Part shown: piece by piece, positions 44,047 through 55,390 of the stretch
How the letters are laid out: each line of letters opens with the position of its first letter
Numbering within the stretch: the first letter of the stretch is position 1
NCBI GenBank assembly: GCA_963702425.1
Contig: CAVPCQ010000017.1
Coordinates: 128,001-192,000, forward strand
Direction: 5' to 3'
DNA: 64,000 nucleotides
Origin: an uncultured Acidobacteriota bacterium
Lineage (GTDB): Bacteria > Acidobacteriota > Polarisedimenticolia > J045
Notes under the pieces: generated by a model
Database searches by the model: none
Told to the model about the DNA's origin: nothing
The model's input: the letters and a program-made list of their open reading frames with translations, nothing else
Translations under genes and position numbers: made by a program

Positions 44047-44886
44047 ATGTTTGCGGACAGCGCAGTGGCCCGGCGGATCGAGGCGGCGGAAGCACGCCTG
44101 ACGCACGGCGTCGGGAGCGCGGTCGCGTCCCGGGATCCCGCGCGCGCGGTCCTGGTGGCGGAGATCGGCGCGGGCGCCGCGGTCCACGCCGGGCAGGACT
44201 CGCCGTTCGACAAGGTCATTGGGCTCGGTTTCGGGCCACTCGACCTCGACGCATTCGCCCGCTTCGAGGAGCAGGTGCTCGCCCGCGGCGGTTCCGTGCG
44301 AGTCGAGCTGGCGACCCTCGCCGATTCCGAAGTGGGCGCGCTGCTGACGGAGCGCGGCTACGTTCTGCGCGGCTTCGAGAACGTCCTCGGGCTCCGGCTC
44401 GACAGGGCGGTGGCCGCGCGATTCGAGGCGGATCTTCCGGACGGCATCGAGGTCGCGCGCGCCGTGGAGGGCGAGACCGACGAGTGGATCCGCGTCCTCA
44501 ACAGAGGCTTCTCGGTGCCGGACGTGTTCGACGGCCCGCCCCCGACGGAGTCGTTCGACAGCACGGCGCTCGAGCAGGTCTTCCGCGACATGCAGTTGGT
44601 GCCCGGGTTCACGCGCTATCTCGCGCGCCGCGGCGGCGCAATCGCGGGGGGCGCGAGCGTGCGCCTCGACGCCGGCGTCGCGCAGCTCGCCGGCGCCGCG
44701 ACGCTGCCGGAGCACCGCCGCCGCGGCGTGCAGACGGCACTGCTTCGCGCGCGACTCGCCGATGCGGCCCGTGCCGGCTGCGACCTCGCGGTGGTCACGA
44801 CACAGCCCGGCTCGGTCTCGCAGCAGAACGTGACGCGCGAGGGGTTCGCCCTGCTCTACGCGCGGGCGATCCTGGTGCGGGTGTAG
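44047..44886 (+). CDS. GNAT family N-acetyltransferase
   Basis: AATLPEHRRRGVQTALL acetyl-CoA motif, SQQNVTREGF. Confidence 0.88.
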   Translation: MFADSAVARRIEAAEARLTHGVGSAVASRDPARAVLVAEIGAGAAVHAGQDSPFDKVIGLGFGPLDLDAFARFEEQVLARGGSVRVELATLADSEVGALLTERGYVLRGFENVLGLRLDRAVAARFEADLPDGIEVARAVEGETDEWIRVLNRGFSVPDVFDGPPPTESFDSTALEQVFRDMQLVPGFTRYLARRGGAIAGGASVRLDAGVAQLAGAATLPEHRRRGVQTALLRARLADAARAGCDLAVVTTQPGSVSQQNVTREGFALLYARAILVRV

Positions 44887-45075
44887 CAGTCCGGCCTGAC
44901 CGGATCCTTTCCACCACCCACGCCGACCTACACCCGCGCTTCCTCGTCGACTGCTGCACGACGGTGCAGCGAGATGCTTCACAACATCGCGCTGCACGCC
45001 GTCTCGACGCGCGTGCGGCTGTTGCCGTCGGGCGAGGCGCTGTAGTCCCCTCGCCCGGCGAGGCCCCGCTGGGCC

Positions 45076-45558
45076 CTACTTCGCAGGCAGAGCCAGCGGG
45101 ATGGCCGACGAGATCTCGGCCGCGATCGAGGTGTCGATCTTGTTCTCGATCTGGTAGAGGCGCAGCACCTTGGCCGGCGGGATCGCCCGCTCGAACCTCG
45201 CGCGCCAGCGCGCCTTCAGCTCCCACTCCTGCTGCTTCAGGAAGAGCCACTCCTCGAGCAGGCCCTGGGCGGTCTTGTCGTCCATCGTGTCGCCGCTCTT
45301 CGAAAGGGTGTCGAGCAGCTGGATCCCGCGGTCGCCGAACCGCATCAGTTCTCCGCGGTACTGGAGATAGAGCGGCCAGAACTTCTGCGCCTGCTCCGGG
45401 GTCAGGCTGAGGTTCTCGCCGACGATCTTCTGCCGCTCGGCAGCGAGCAGCCCGCGCGTGATCCGGACGTCGTCCTTGGTCGGTTCCTGGGCCGGCACCA
45501 TCGTCGAGCCGAGCGCGAGCAGCAGCAGCGCCGGGAGCACGGGCATCTTGCGGGTCAT
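45076..45558 (-). CDS. Small secreted helical protein (Spy/CpxP-like)
   Basis: Signal peptide; LSLTPEQAQKFWPLY. Confidence 0.7.
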   Translation of the reverse strand: MTRKMPVLPALLLLALGSTMVPAQEPTKDDVRITRGLLAAERQKIVGENLSLTPEQAQKFWPLYLQYRGELMRFGDRGIQLLDTLSKSGDTMDDKTAQGLLEEWLFLKQQEWELKARWRARFERAIPPAKVLRLYQIENKIDTSIAAEISSAIPLALPAK

Positions 45559-45720
45559 CTGTCGATCCTCCGGCCGCGGCGCGCAGTACCACCCTCTGAC
45601 CGCCGAGCGGGATGATTCTACAGCGACCCGGCGGTCCCGGTGCTACTCTCTCCCGTTCAGGGTTCGCGGCTCGGATCGCGCCTCCGCGCAGTCCCCGCAC
45701 GACGAACGAAAGGAGTTGCC

Positions 45721-46125
45721 ATGAGCTTCTTCGGCACGATTCTCGAGAAACTGGGGCTCAAGCGCCCCGCGCCGCCGCCGATCCAGGTGACACCGCCGCC
45801 GAAACCGCTCCCTCTGCCCGTGCCCGCGGCACCGCCGATGCCCCCGGCCCCTGTCGAGATCCCGCTGGTCGACGTGCTCGCCCAGCTGGAGGACCTCGCG
45901 GCGAACAACCCGCAGAAGCTCAACTGGCGGACCTCGATCGTCGACCTGCTCAAGCTGCTCGACATCGACAGCAGCTTCGCGGCGCGCAAGGAACTCGCGA
46001 TCGAGCTCGGCTGCCCCGCCGGCCTGATGGGCGACTCCGCGCAGATGAACATGTGGCTGCACAAGACCGTGCTCAGGAAGATCGCGGAAAACGGCGGCAA
46101 CATCCCCCAGGACCTGCTCGACTGA
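45721..46125 (+). CDS. DUF3597 domain protein
   Basis: AAAGGAG RBS; LNWRTSIVDLLKLLDIDSS..RKELA.ELG..DSAQMNMWLHK. Confidence 0.88.
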   Translation: MSFFGTILEKLGLKRPAPPPIQVTPPPKPLPLPVPAAPPMPPAPVEIPLVDVLAQLEDLAANNPQKLNWRTSIVDLLKLLDIDSSFAARKELAIELGCPAGLMGDSAQMNMWLHKTVLRKIAENGGNIPQDLLD

Positions 46126-46160
46126 GCCAGAGGGGCCGCATCGTTCGAGGAGCGTCACCA

Positions 46161-46577
46161 ATGGCCGAACCCAAGACCAAGGTCAACGACGCGAGCGTCG
46201 ACGACTTCATCGCCGGGATCGAGCACGACCAGCGTCGCGCGGACTGCGAGGCGGTGCTCAGGATCATGAAGCGGGTCACCAAAGCGCCGCCGAAGATGTG
46301 GGGCACGAGCATCGTCGGTTTCGGCAGCTACCACTACAAGTCCGCGAGCGGTCGCGAGGGGGACTGGCCCCTCACCGGGTTCTCTCCGCGCAAGCAGGAC
46401 CTGACCCTCTACCTGATGGCCGGATTCGACGAGTTCCCCGACCTGATGGCCAGGCTCGGCAAGTTCAAGACCGGCTTGTCGTGCCTGTACCTCAAGCGGC
46501 TCTCGGAGATCGACGTCAAGGTCCTCGAACAGCTGATCGCGGCCAACGTCGCCTGGATGAAGCAGAACTTCCGCTGA
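46161..46577 (+). CDS. DUF1801 domain protein
   Basis: PKMWGTSIVGFGSYHYK..SGREGDW..GFSPRK, LGKFKTG.SCLYLK. Confidence 0.88.
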   Translation: MAEPKTKVNDASVDDFIAGIEHDQRRADCEAVLRIMKRVTKAPPKMWGTSIVGFGSYHYKSASGREGDWPLTGFSPRKQDLTLYLMAGFDEFPDLMARLGKFKTGLSCLYLKRLSEIDVKVLEQLIAANVAWMKQNFR

Positions 46578-46602
46578 GGCGCAGCGGCCGAGGGACCGGC
46601 GC

Positions 46603-47640
46603 CTACGCCAGCATTGCCGCTTCCTCGCCGATCACCTTCGCCGCGCGCTCGATCGCCGGCCCGTCGAGGTCGAGGTGCGTCACCAGCCGGAAGCGCCGGC
46701 GGTCGAGCGACAGGAAGTGCACGCCGCGGCGCGCGCAGCGCTCGAGCAGCTCCTCGGCACCGCCGGCCGCGAGCCGGACGATCACGATGTTGGTCTGGAC
46801 CGACGCCGGGTCGATCCGCAGGTTCGGGCAGGGCGCGAGCGCGTGGGCCAGGCGCCGCGCGCGGAGGTGGTCCTCCGCCAGCCGCTCCACGTTGTGCCGC
46901 AGCGCGAAGAGGCCCGCGGCGGCCACGATCCCCGCCTGGCGCATCCCGCCGCCGAGCATCTTGCGGTAGCGGTGGGCTGCGACCCGGAACTCCTTCGTCC
47001 CGCACAGCACCGAGCCGACCGGCGCCCCCAGCCCCTTCGAGAGGCAGAAGGAGAGCGAGTCGAACGGCGCCGCGAGCGCCGCGACCGTCGTACCGGCGGC
47101 AGTGGCGGCGTTGAAGACCCGCGCGCCGTCGAGGTGCATCGGGATCCCGGCGCTCCGGCAGACCTGGGCGATCTTCTCGACTTCCGGCTGCGGAAAGATC
47201 ACGCCACCGCCCATGTTGTGGGTGTTCTCGATCCAGAGCAGGCCGGTCCCGGGGGTGTGGAACGTCGGCGGCTTGATCCGCGCCTCCGCCTGGTCCGCGG
47301 TGAACAGGCCGTTCCCGGGGATCACCGAATACTGCACACCGGCCACCGCCGCCCCGGCGCCGACCTCGTGGAGCACGGCGTGGCAGTCCGTCCCCAGCAC
47401 GACCTCGTCGCCGCGCCGGACGTGGACCATCTGGGCGATCAGGTTGGCCATGCAGCCCGAGGGGACGAAGAGCCCGGCCGCCTTGCCGACGCGCTCCGCC
47501 GCGACTTCCTCGAGTTCCAGCGTCGTCGGGTCCCCGTCGAGGACGTCGTCCCCGACCGCGGCTGACGCCATCGCCTCGCGCATCGCGGGCGAGGGGCGCG
47601 TCACGGTGTCGGAACGGAGGTCGACGAGTTCGTGCTCCAC
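46603..47640 (-). CDS. ltaE: Low-specificity L-threonine aldolase
   Basis: DLRSDTVT, VGDDV, ENTHN, HLDGAR, CLSKGLGAPVGS, GGGMRQAG. Confidence 0.93.
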   Translation of the reverse strand: MEHELVDLRSDTVTRPSPAMREAMASAAVGDDVLDGDPTTLELEEVAAERVGKAAGLFVPSGCMANLIAQMVHVRRGDEVVLGTDCHAVLHEVGAGAAVAGVQYSVIPGNGLFTADQAEARIKPPTFHTPGTGLLWIENTHNMGGGVIFPQPEVEKIAQVCRSAGIPMHLDGARVFNAATAAGTTVAALAAPFDSLSFCLSKGLGAPVGSVLCGTKEFRVAAHRYRKMLGGGMRQAGIVAAAGLFALRHNVERLAEDHLRARRLAHALAPCPNLRIDPASVQTNIVIVRLAAGGAEELLERCARRGVHFLSLDRRRFRLVTHLDLDGPAIERAAKVIGEEAAMLA

Positions 47641-47643
47641 GGC

Positions 47644-48777
47644 CTAGCCCTCCGCGCGCCCCGGCTTCGACCGGGCGTACGCCAGCACCATCCACGCCAC
47701 CGTCGCGATCGCGCCGACCAGCAGCAGCGCGAAGATCGCGATCGGGCCCCACTGCGGCTCGACCCAGGGGTTCGCCTCGAAGCCGGCCATTTCCAGCGCG
47801 CCGCGCCGCACCTGGTCGCGCGAGAGGATCATCAGGACGAGCGTCCCGACCACGGCGACCGACCCGATCCGGACGAGCTTCTCGGGCCGCGGGGCGTAGA
47901 TCGCCAGCGCCATCAGGAACAGCGACACCAGCCCGAGCAGGATCCCCAGCCCCAGCGTCCCGGTGGCGAACATGTTCTTCCCCATGAAGCGCAGCATCAC
48001 TTCCTTGGGGAGCGCGATCAGCCACCACATGCCCCAGACGATGTTGATCCCGGTCGGAATGCAGAACCAGAGCGACCCGTGCCGCAGCGCCCAGGTGCCG
48101 AACGCCGGGTCGGCGTCGCGCCGCTTGCGCCACAGGCCGTAGTGCGCGACGGCGATCCCGGTCACGGCCAGCGCCCCGAACAGCATGTGCAGGAAGCGCG
48201 GCCAGAGCGTCGGGTCGTCCAGGTTGAGCTGGAGGCCGGCCGCACTCCGCGCGTACTTCTCGACGAAGGCGTCGGGCCGCAGCATCAGCGTCATGTTGTT
48301 GGTGTAGAGGAAGCCGATCACGAGGAAGATCGCCGCCACCGTCCACGCGACCAGGCCCGGGGAGCCGCCGAGCCGTTGCGGCTGGAACGCGAGCAGGTAG
48401 GTCCCGTAGTAGGCCAGCATCAGCAGTGGGATCACGGCGAACCAGAACCAGGCCATCAGGACCGAGCTGGAGAAGAACAGCCGGCCGTACAGCGCCTGGA
48501 CGAAGAGCAGCGGTGCAACGCCGAACGACACCGCCGCCGCCACTGCGATCGGCATCGACTTGGCGAAGTAGCGCACCAGCTCCCGCGAGTGCTCGCCGCC
48601 GGGACGGGCCGCGCGCAGGCGCGCGAGCAGCGCGATGAGCGAGCCGCCCAGCACGAAGTTCATCGGCAGCAGGTGCAGGAAGAAGGTCAGGACCAGCAGG
48701 AACCACATCAGCGCCGCCGGGGCGGCGAGCGGGGTCGGGTCCAGCTGGGGGATCGCAGCGAGGAGCGGCGGGTTCAT
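47644..48777 (-). CDS. Multi-pass membrane partner subunit (CydA'-like) of a cytochrome bd-like complex
   Basis: FFLHLLPMNFVLGG, GVAPLLFVQALYG, RFLH; directly downstream of the CydA-like gene. Confidence 0.65.
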   Translation of the reverse strand: MNPPLLAAIPQLDPTPLAAPAALMWFLLVLTFFLHLLPMNFVLGGSLIALLARLRAARPGGEHSRELVRYFAKSMPIAVAAAVSFGVAPLLFVQALYGRLFFSSSVLMAWFWFAVIPLLMLAYYGTYLLAFQPQRLGGSPGLVAWTVAAIFLVIGFLYTNNMTLMLRPDAFVEKYARSAAGLQLNLDDPTLWPRFLHMLFGALAVTGIAVAHYGLWRKRRDADPAFGTWALRHGSLWFCIPTGINIVWGMWWLIALPKEVMLRFMGKNMFATGTLGLGILLGLVSLFLMALAIYAPRPEKLVRIGSVAVVGTLVLMILSRDQVRRGALEMAGFEANPWVEPQWGPIAIFALLLVGAIATVAWMVLAYARSKPGRAEG

Positions 48778-48790
48778 CGACGTCTCCTCC

Positions 48791-50557
48791 CTACGGCGCG
48801 CCGGCCGGCTGGCCGAGGCCCGCGAGGTACTCCGCGAGCGCCCGCCGCTCCGCGTCGGTCCCCTCGAACGGGGGCATCAGCTCGTTGAGCTCGGGCAGCC
48901 GGCCGATCGCCGCGTAGAACGCGTCGGCACTCTGACCCTTGAGGTAGTTGGCCATCGGGAAGTCGCTCTCCGGCGCGTGGCACATCGCGCAGTTGTCCTC
49001 GTAGAGCTTCGCGCCGGACGGCGGCCCCGTCGCCGCCGCTGCGGCCGCTTCGACCGCGCCGCCGCCGACGGTCGCGAGGTAGACCGACAGCGCGTGGGCC
49101 TCGGCCGCGGTCCCGACGAACGGCGGCATCATCCGGTCGCGCCAGGTCTTGAGCGCGAGCTGCGGATCGTTCCAGGCCGCGGCCTCGCCCCTGGCGTTCA
49201 CGGGCCGGGCGAGCCGGCCGAGGAGCCCCTCGATCGTCGAGGAGCTCTTCCCCTTCACCAGCCTGTCGATGCCGTTGTAGCGGTCGACCGAGTGGCAGGT
49301 GAAGCACTGCAGCCGGAAGACCTCGCGGCCCGCGGCCGCTTCCAGCTCGATCAGCTTCTCCGGGTCCATCGCCTCCGCGGTCAGCGCGCCGGGCGTGTAT
49401 CCCGCCGGAAGCCGGGCCCAGGGCGACGCGGCGAGCACGCCGGACGCGTTCAGCGCCTCCACCGTGTAGCGGTCGGCGGGAAAGCCCGCAGGCGGCTTCG
49501 GCGCGGCGTCGCGGGGCGGCAGCCGGACACCGTTGACGAACATGTGCTCCCCGATGACCCACGGCTTGCGCAGGTCTTCCCGCACCCACTCCCCGCCGCC
49601 GATCGCGAGCAGGCCGGCCAGCATCAGGAGCGTCCCCGAGACCCGGCCGTAGCGCTCGTTGCGCGCGAAGACGACGAACAGCGTGACGACCAGCGCGAAG
49701 GTCATCGAGGCCAGCGCCACCCGGAGCGCGCGCTGCGCCATCGGGTAGCCGGCCTCGGGCAGCGGCCCGAACGCGCTGGCAACGATCGGGAGGAACCCGG
49801 GCGACGCGGTCCCGAAGATCTCGGCGACCGGCACGCCCGCGGACGACGCGGCCGCGAAGTACCAGGCGAGCGACAGCGGCAGCGCGATCACGGTCGGCAG
49901 GACCCACCAGGTGCCGGCCCAGCGCGCGACCGTGCGCTTCAGCTGCGGGTCGCGCAGGAAGCCGGCGGTGAACACCGCGTACAGACCGGCCAGCCCGATC
50001 GAGGCGAAGGTCCGCGCGAAGAGCGACGGGAAGTAGGTCGGGTTGAAGAAGCCCGACCAGAAGCTGCGGTTCTCGAGCCACGCCCCCGGCGTGAGCATGT
50101 AGGCCAGGATCCCGTTGATGACCACGAGCGAAAGCCACGCCGCCCCGAAGTAGATCCAGCCGACGGCGACGTGGGTGCGCGCCGGGAGCCGGTCCCAGCC
50201 GTAGTAGTAGACCATCGCCGCGGCGATCTCGGTCAGGAAGAAGGTCCACTCGATCGCCCAGCCCCAGACGAAGGTGTTGATCAGGCTCGCGGTGGCCCAC
50301 GGGCTGACCAGCGTGATCGCGAACCAGATCCCGACGCCGGTGATCGCGCCGAAGACCAGCGTCAGGAGGATGAAGAAGCGCGAGAGGTAGCGCACGAAGC
50401 CGAGCAGCGCGGGGTCGTTGTCGCGGCGCGCCTTGCGCTCGGCGAGCACGAGAAACAGGCCGCCGCCGACCGCGAAGTGCGAGACGAAGACGTGGACGAT
50501 GGAGACGATGGCGATCAGCAGGCCGGAGCCCTGCAGGTCCCAGATCGGGTAGTTCAT
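48791..50557 (-). CDS. Cytochrome bd subunit I-like protein fused to two c-type haem domains
   Basis: HVFVSHFAVGGG, FGAITGVGIW, WAIEWTFF, EWVREDLRKPW; CFTCH and CAMCH. Confidence 0.85.
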   Translation of the reverse strand: MNYPIWDLQGSGLLIAIVSIVHVFVSHFAVGGGLFLVLAERKARRDNDPALLGFVRYLSRFFILLTLVFGAITGVGIWFAITLVSPWATASLINTFVWGWAIEWTFFLTEIAAAMVYYYGWDRLPARTHVAVGWIYFGAAWLSLVVINGILAYMLTPGAWLENRSFWSGFFNPTYFPSLFARTFASIGLAGLYAVFTAGFLRDPQLKRTVARWAGTWWVLPTVIALPLSLAWYFAAASSAGVPVAEIFGTASPGFLPIVASAFGPLPEAGYPMAQRALRVALASMTFALVVTLFVVFARNERYGRVSGTLLMLAGLLAIGGGEWVREDLRKPWVIGEHMFVNGVRLPPRDAAPKPPAGFPADRYTVEALNASGVLAASPWARLPAGYTPGALTAEAMDPEKLIELEAAAGREVFRLQCFTCHSVDRYNGIDRLVKGKSSSTIEGLLGRLARPVNARGEAAAWNDPQLALKTWRDRMMPPFVGTAAEAHALSVYLATVGGGAVEAAAAAATGPPSGAKLYEDNCAMCHAPESDFPMANYLKGQSADAFYAAIGRLPELNELMPPFEGTDAERRALAEYLAGLGQPAGAP

Positions 50558-50751
50558 GGAGCGGTCTCCCTGGTCGGAACGGGTGGCCGCCCGGCGACCG
50601 TCTCCGGGGGCCGGGCGGGCCGTACTCCATGATGCTAACAGGAGAGTTAGGAACGCCAAGGCGATATTAAGGCGAAGAAAATCCGGGTACGCCCGTCGCG
50701 TGGAGAAGGCCCGCGGCGCAGAATCGCGCCGGTCTCCCGGAGGAACGCGGC

Positions 50752-52233
50752 ATGTCCACCGAATCGTCCGACGGCGGCGTCCGCCCCCTGCTCCCGTCGC
50801 AGCGGGGGCTCGGCGACATGCAGCCGGAGGAGTTCCGCGCCGCCGCGCACGGCGTCGCCGACCGCGTGGCCGACTACCTCGGCCGGCTCGAGAGCTTCCC
50901 CGTCCTGCCCCGGCTCGAGCCGGGCTCGATCCGCGCCGCGCTCCCGGCCGCGCCGCCCGCGCAGCCCGAGCCGCTGGAGGCGATCCTCGCCGACTACGCG
51001 CGGCTGATCGAGCCGAACATCACGCACTGGCAACACCCCGGCTTCATGGCCTACTTCCCCTCGGTCGCCTCGGGGCCCGGCATCCTCGGCGAGTGGCTGG
51101 CGGCCGGGCTCAACTCGAACGTGATGTTCTGGCGCAACGCCCCGTCGTCGACCGAGCTGGAAGAGGTCGTCGTCTCCTGGCTGCGCCAACTCGTCGGGCT
51201 GCCCGAGGCGTTCGACGGGATGTTCACCGACACGGCGTCGGTCTCGTCGCTGCTGGCGATCGTCGCCGCGCGTCACGCCGTGCCCGGCCTCGACGCGCGC
51301 GACGAGGGGCTCGCCGGCCGGCCGGGGATCGGGCGGCTGCGCGTCTACGCGTCGACGGAGGCGCACTCCTCGATCGAGAAGGCGGCGATCGTCGCCGGGA
51401 TCGGCCGGCGCGGCGTGCGGCGCATCCCGGCGGACGGCGCGTTCCGGATGCGGGTCGACCTGCTCGAGCAGGCGATCCGCGAGGACTGGGACAGCGGCTG
51501 GTGGCCGTTCGCCGTGGTGGCGACGCTGGGCACGACGTCGTCGACCAGCGTCGACCCCGCGGCCGCGATCGCCGAGGTCTGCGAGCGCGAGAAGCTCTGG
51601 CTGCACGTCGACGCCGCGTACGGCGGGGCGATGATGGTCGCGCCCGAGCAGCGCGGCCTGTTCGGCGGCTGGGAGCGCGCCGACTCGATCGTGATCAACC
51701 CGCACAAGTGGCTCTGGACCCCGTTCGACGCCTCGCTGCTGCTGTTCCGGCAGCCGGAGACGTTCCGCGCCGCGTTCAGCCTCGTACCCGAATACCTCAA
51801 GGTCCGCGACCAGGGCGAGGTGCACAACTACCACGAGTACGGGATCCAGCTCGGCCGGCGGTTCCGGGCGCTCAAGCTCTGGATGCTGCTGCGTTACTTC
51901 GGCGCCGACGGGATGGCGGCGCGGATCAGGGAACACCTGCGGCTGGCGCGGCTGTTCGCGTCGTGGGTCGAAGCGGCGCCGGACTGGGAGCTGCTCGCCC
52001 CCGTCCCGATGGCGACGGTCTGCTTCCGCCACCGCCCGCCGGGCCGGCCGGAGGCCGAGCTGGACGCGCACAACGAACGGCTGATGGCGCGCGTCAACGA
52101 GAGCGGCGAGATCTTCCTGTCGCACACGAAGCTCGACGGGAAGTACGCGATCCGCGTGTCGATCGGGAACCCGCGGCAGGAGGAACGGCACGTGCGGCGG
52201 GCCTGGGAGCTGCTTCTCCAGGCTGCGCGCTGA
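50752..52233 (+). CDS. Group II PLP-dependent (aromatic amino-acid) decarboxylase
   Basis: THWQHPGFMAYF, HSSIEKA, LHVDAAYGG, NPHKW, GRRFRALKLW. Confidence 0.92.
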   Translation: MSTESSDGGVRPLLPSQRGLGDMQPEEFRAAAHGVADRVADYLGRLESFPVLPRLEPGSIRAALPAAPPAQPEPLEAILADYARLIEPNITHWQHPGFMAYFPSVASGPGILGEWLAAGLNSNVMFWRNAPSSTELEEVVVSWLRQLVGLPEAFDGMFTDTASVSSLLAIVAARHAVPGLDARDEGLAGRPGIGRLRVYASTEAHSSIEKAAIVAGIGRRGVRRIPADGAFRMRVDLLEQAIREDWDSGWWPFAVVATLGTTSSTSVDPAAAIAEVCEREKLWLHVDAAYGGAMMVAPEQRGLFGGWERADSIVINPHKWLWTPFDASLLLFRQPETFRAAFSLVPEYLKVRDQGEVHNYHEYGIQLGRRFRALKLWMLLRYFGADGMAARIREHLRLARLFASWVEAAPDWELLAPVPMATVCFRHRPPGRPEAELDAHNERLMARVNESGEIFLSHTKLDGKYAIRVSIGNPRQEERHVRRAWELLLQAAR

Positions 52234-52253
52234 CTGCATCCGGAAGGCGACCG

Positions 52254-53975
52254 GTGCCCGCGTTCCGCTACAGCCCCCCGATCGCGCGGAAGCTGCCGCT
52301 CACCGCGGGGGACGGGCTGGTCCTTCTGCTGCTCGCCGCGCTGCTCTACCTCGGCGCGCGGCTGGCGCTGCGCGTCCCGGCGGTCGTCGCCGGGCCCGAG
52401 ATCTCGCTCTCGCCCCGGGCCCTTCCGTGGTACGCGCTCTTTTCGGTCGGGCGGATGGCGGTGGCGTACGCGATCTCGCTGGCCTTCAGCCTGGTCTACG
52501 GCTACGCGGCGGCGCGCTCGCGGGGGGCCCGCGCAGTGCTCATGCCGCTGCTCGACGTGCTGCAGAGCGTTCCGATCCTGTCGTTCCTGCCGGTCGTCCT
52601 GCTCTCGTTCAGCGCAATCCTGCCGGAGGGGTTCGCGGCCGAGCTGGCGTCGATCGTGCTGATCTTCACCTCGCAGGCCTGGAACATGACCTTCAGCTTC
52701 TACCAGTCGGTGCGCGGTACGCCGCGCGAGCTGCGCGAGGCGGCGGCGGTCTTCCGCCTCGGTCCGTGGTTGCGCTTCCGTACCGTCGAGCTACCGTTCG
52801 CGGCGCCCGGCCTGGTCTGGAACAGCATGATGAGCTGGTCGGGGGGCTGGTTCTTCCTGATGGCGGCAGAGATCTTCGTGGTCGGCCGCCGCGACTTCCG
52901 CCTCCCGGGACTCGGCTCCTACCTGCACGAGGCTTCCGCCACGTCCGACTGGCGCGCGATCGGGCTCGGCGTCGCCACGCTGGTGACGATCGTGGTCCTG
53001 CTCGACCTGGTGATCTGGCGGCCGGTCCTGGCCTGGGCGGACAAGTTCAAGCTGGACCTGACGGCCGGCAGCGAGGCCCCCGACTCGCGCGTGCTCGACC
53101 TCGTGCGCCGCTCGTGGCTGCTCGACCGGCTGGCCGCCGGGACGCTGCGTCCCGCCGCAGAATGGATCGACCGGCGCCTCCAGCCGCAGGCGACCGGATC
53201 GCCGCCAGAGGAGCCCGAAGGGGAGGGCCGCCCCGGCGCGCTCGCCGTGGGCTCGCTCGTCCTGCTCGCCGCGCTGGCGCTCTACGGTAGCTACCGCGCG
53301 CTGCGCCTGGTCTCGGGGCTGTCGGCCGGCGCGTGGCTGGCCGTCGGTGCCGGGCTCGGGGCGACGCTCCTGCGCGTGACGATCGCGCTGGCGATCACGC
53401 TCGCCTGGACCGTGCCGCTGGGGGTGCTGATCGGGTCGAACCGGCGCTGGGCGGCGTGGCTGCAGCCGGTGGTGCAGGTCTTGGCCTCGATCCCCGCGAC
53501 CGCCCTGTTCCCGGTCTTCGTGCTGCTGCTGCTCGGCGCGCCGGGCGGCCTGTCGGTCGCCGCGATCCTGCTGATGCTGATGGGTACGCAGTGGTACCTG
53601 CTGTTCAACGTGATCGCCGGCGCCGCCGCGATCCCCGAGGACCTGAAGCTGACGACCGCGCTGCTGCAGCTGACCCGGCGCGACCGCTGGCGCGTGCTGA
53701 CCCTCCCCGCGATCTTCCCGTTCGTGGTCACCGGCGCGATCACCGCCTCGGGCGGGGCGTGGAATGCCAGCGTCGTGGCGGAGCACGTGACGTTCGGCGA
53801 CCGGGTCTACGACACGGTCGGGATCGGCGCACTGATCGCCGAAGCGACCGCCCGGGGGGACTACGCGCTGCTCGTCGCGGCCACCCTCGCGCTGGTCCTG
53901 CTCGTCGTTTTGATCAACCGCTTCTTCTGGCTCCGGCTCTACCGCCGCGCCGAAGAACGCTACCGCCTGGAGTGA
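52254..53975 (+). CDS. ABC transporter permease with two TM domains (nitrate/sulfonate family)
   Basis: LDVLQSVPILSFLP, FTSQAWNM, WNSMMSWSGGWFFL, GTQWYLLFNVIAG, GGAWNAS; GTG start inferred. Confidence 0.9.
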   Translation: MPAFRYSPPIARKLPLTAGDGLVLLLLAALLYLGARLALRVPAVVAGPEISLSPRALPWYALFSVGRMAVAYAISLAFSLVYGYAAARSRGARAVLMPLLDVLQSVPILSFLPVVLLSFSAILPEGFAAELASIVLIFTSQAWNMTFSFYQSVRGTPRELREAAAVFRLGPWLRFRTVELPFAAPGLVWNSMMSWSGGWFFLMAAEIFVVGRRDFRLPGLGSYLHEASATSDWRAIGLGVATLVTIVVLLDLVIWRPVLAWADKFKLDLTAGSEAPDSRVLDLVRRSWLLDRLAAGTLRPAAEWIDRRLQPQATGSPPEEPEGEGRPGALAVGSLVLLAALALYGSYRALRLVSGLSAGAWLAVGAGLGATLLRVTIALAITLAWTVPLGVLIGSNRRWAAWLQPVVQVLASIPATALFPVFVLLLLGAPGGLSVAAILLMLMGTQWYLLFNVIAGAAAIPEDLKLTTALLQLTRRDRWRVLTLPAIFPFVVTGAITASGGAWNASVVAEHVTFGDRVYDTVGIGALIAEATARGDYALLVAATLALVLLVVLINRFFWLRLYRRAEERYRLE

Positions 53976-53977
53976 CG

Positions 53978-55276
<1,299 letters not shown>

Positions 55277-55390
55277 CGGTCCATCCGCGGGGCGGGGCTT
55301 CCACCCGGCTTCCGCGAGGTGCGGAATACCGTCGAGGCATACCCCGTAATGCCGGCGGTTTCGCCGTACCCTCCGCGCGGAGGTCCGCGC

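Noticed and set aside
46603-52233. Biosynthetic cluster linking ltaE, the decarboxylase and the NRPS or radical SAM enzyme
   Set aside because: Genes are divergent or tens of kb apart and each has a common stand-alone role
50556-53975. 1139-aa ORF
   Set aside because: Only the part from ~52254 is the ABC permease; the rest is an off-frame shadow of the decarboxylase
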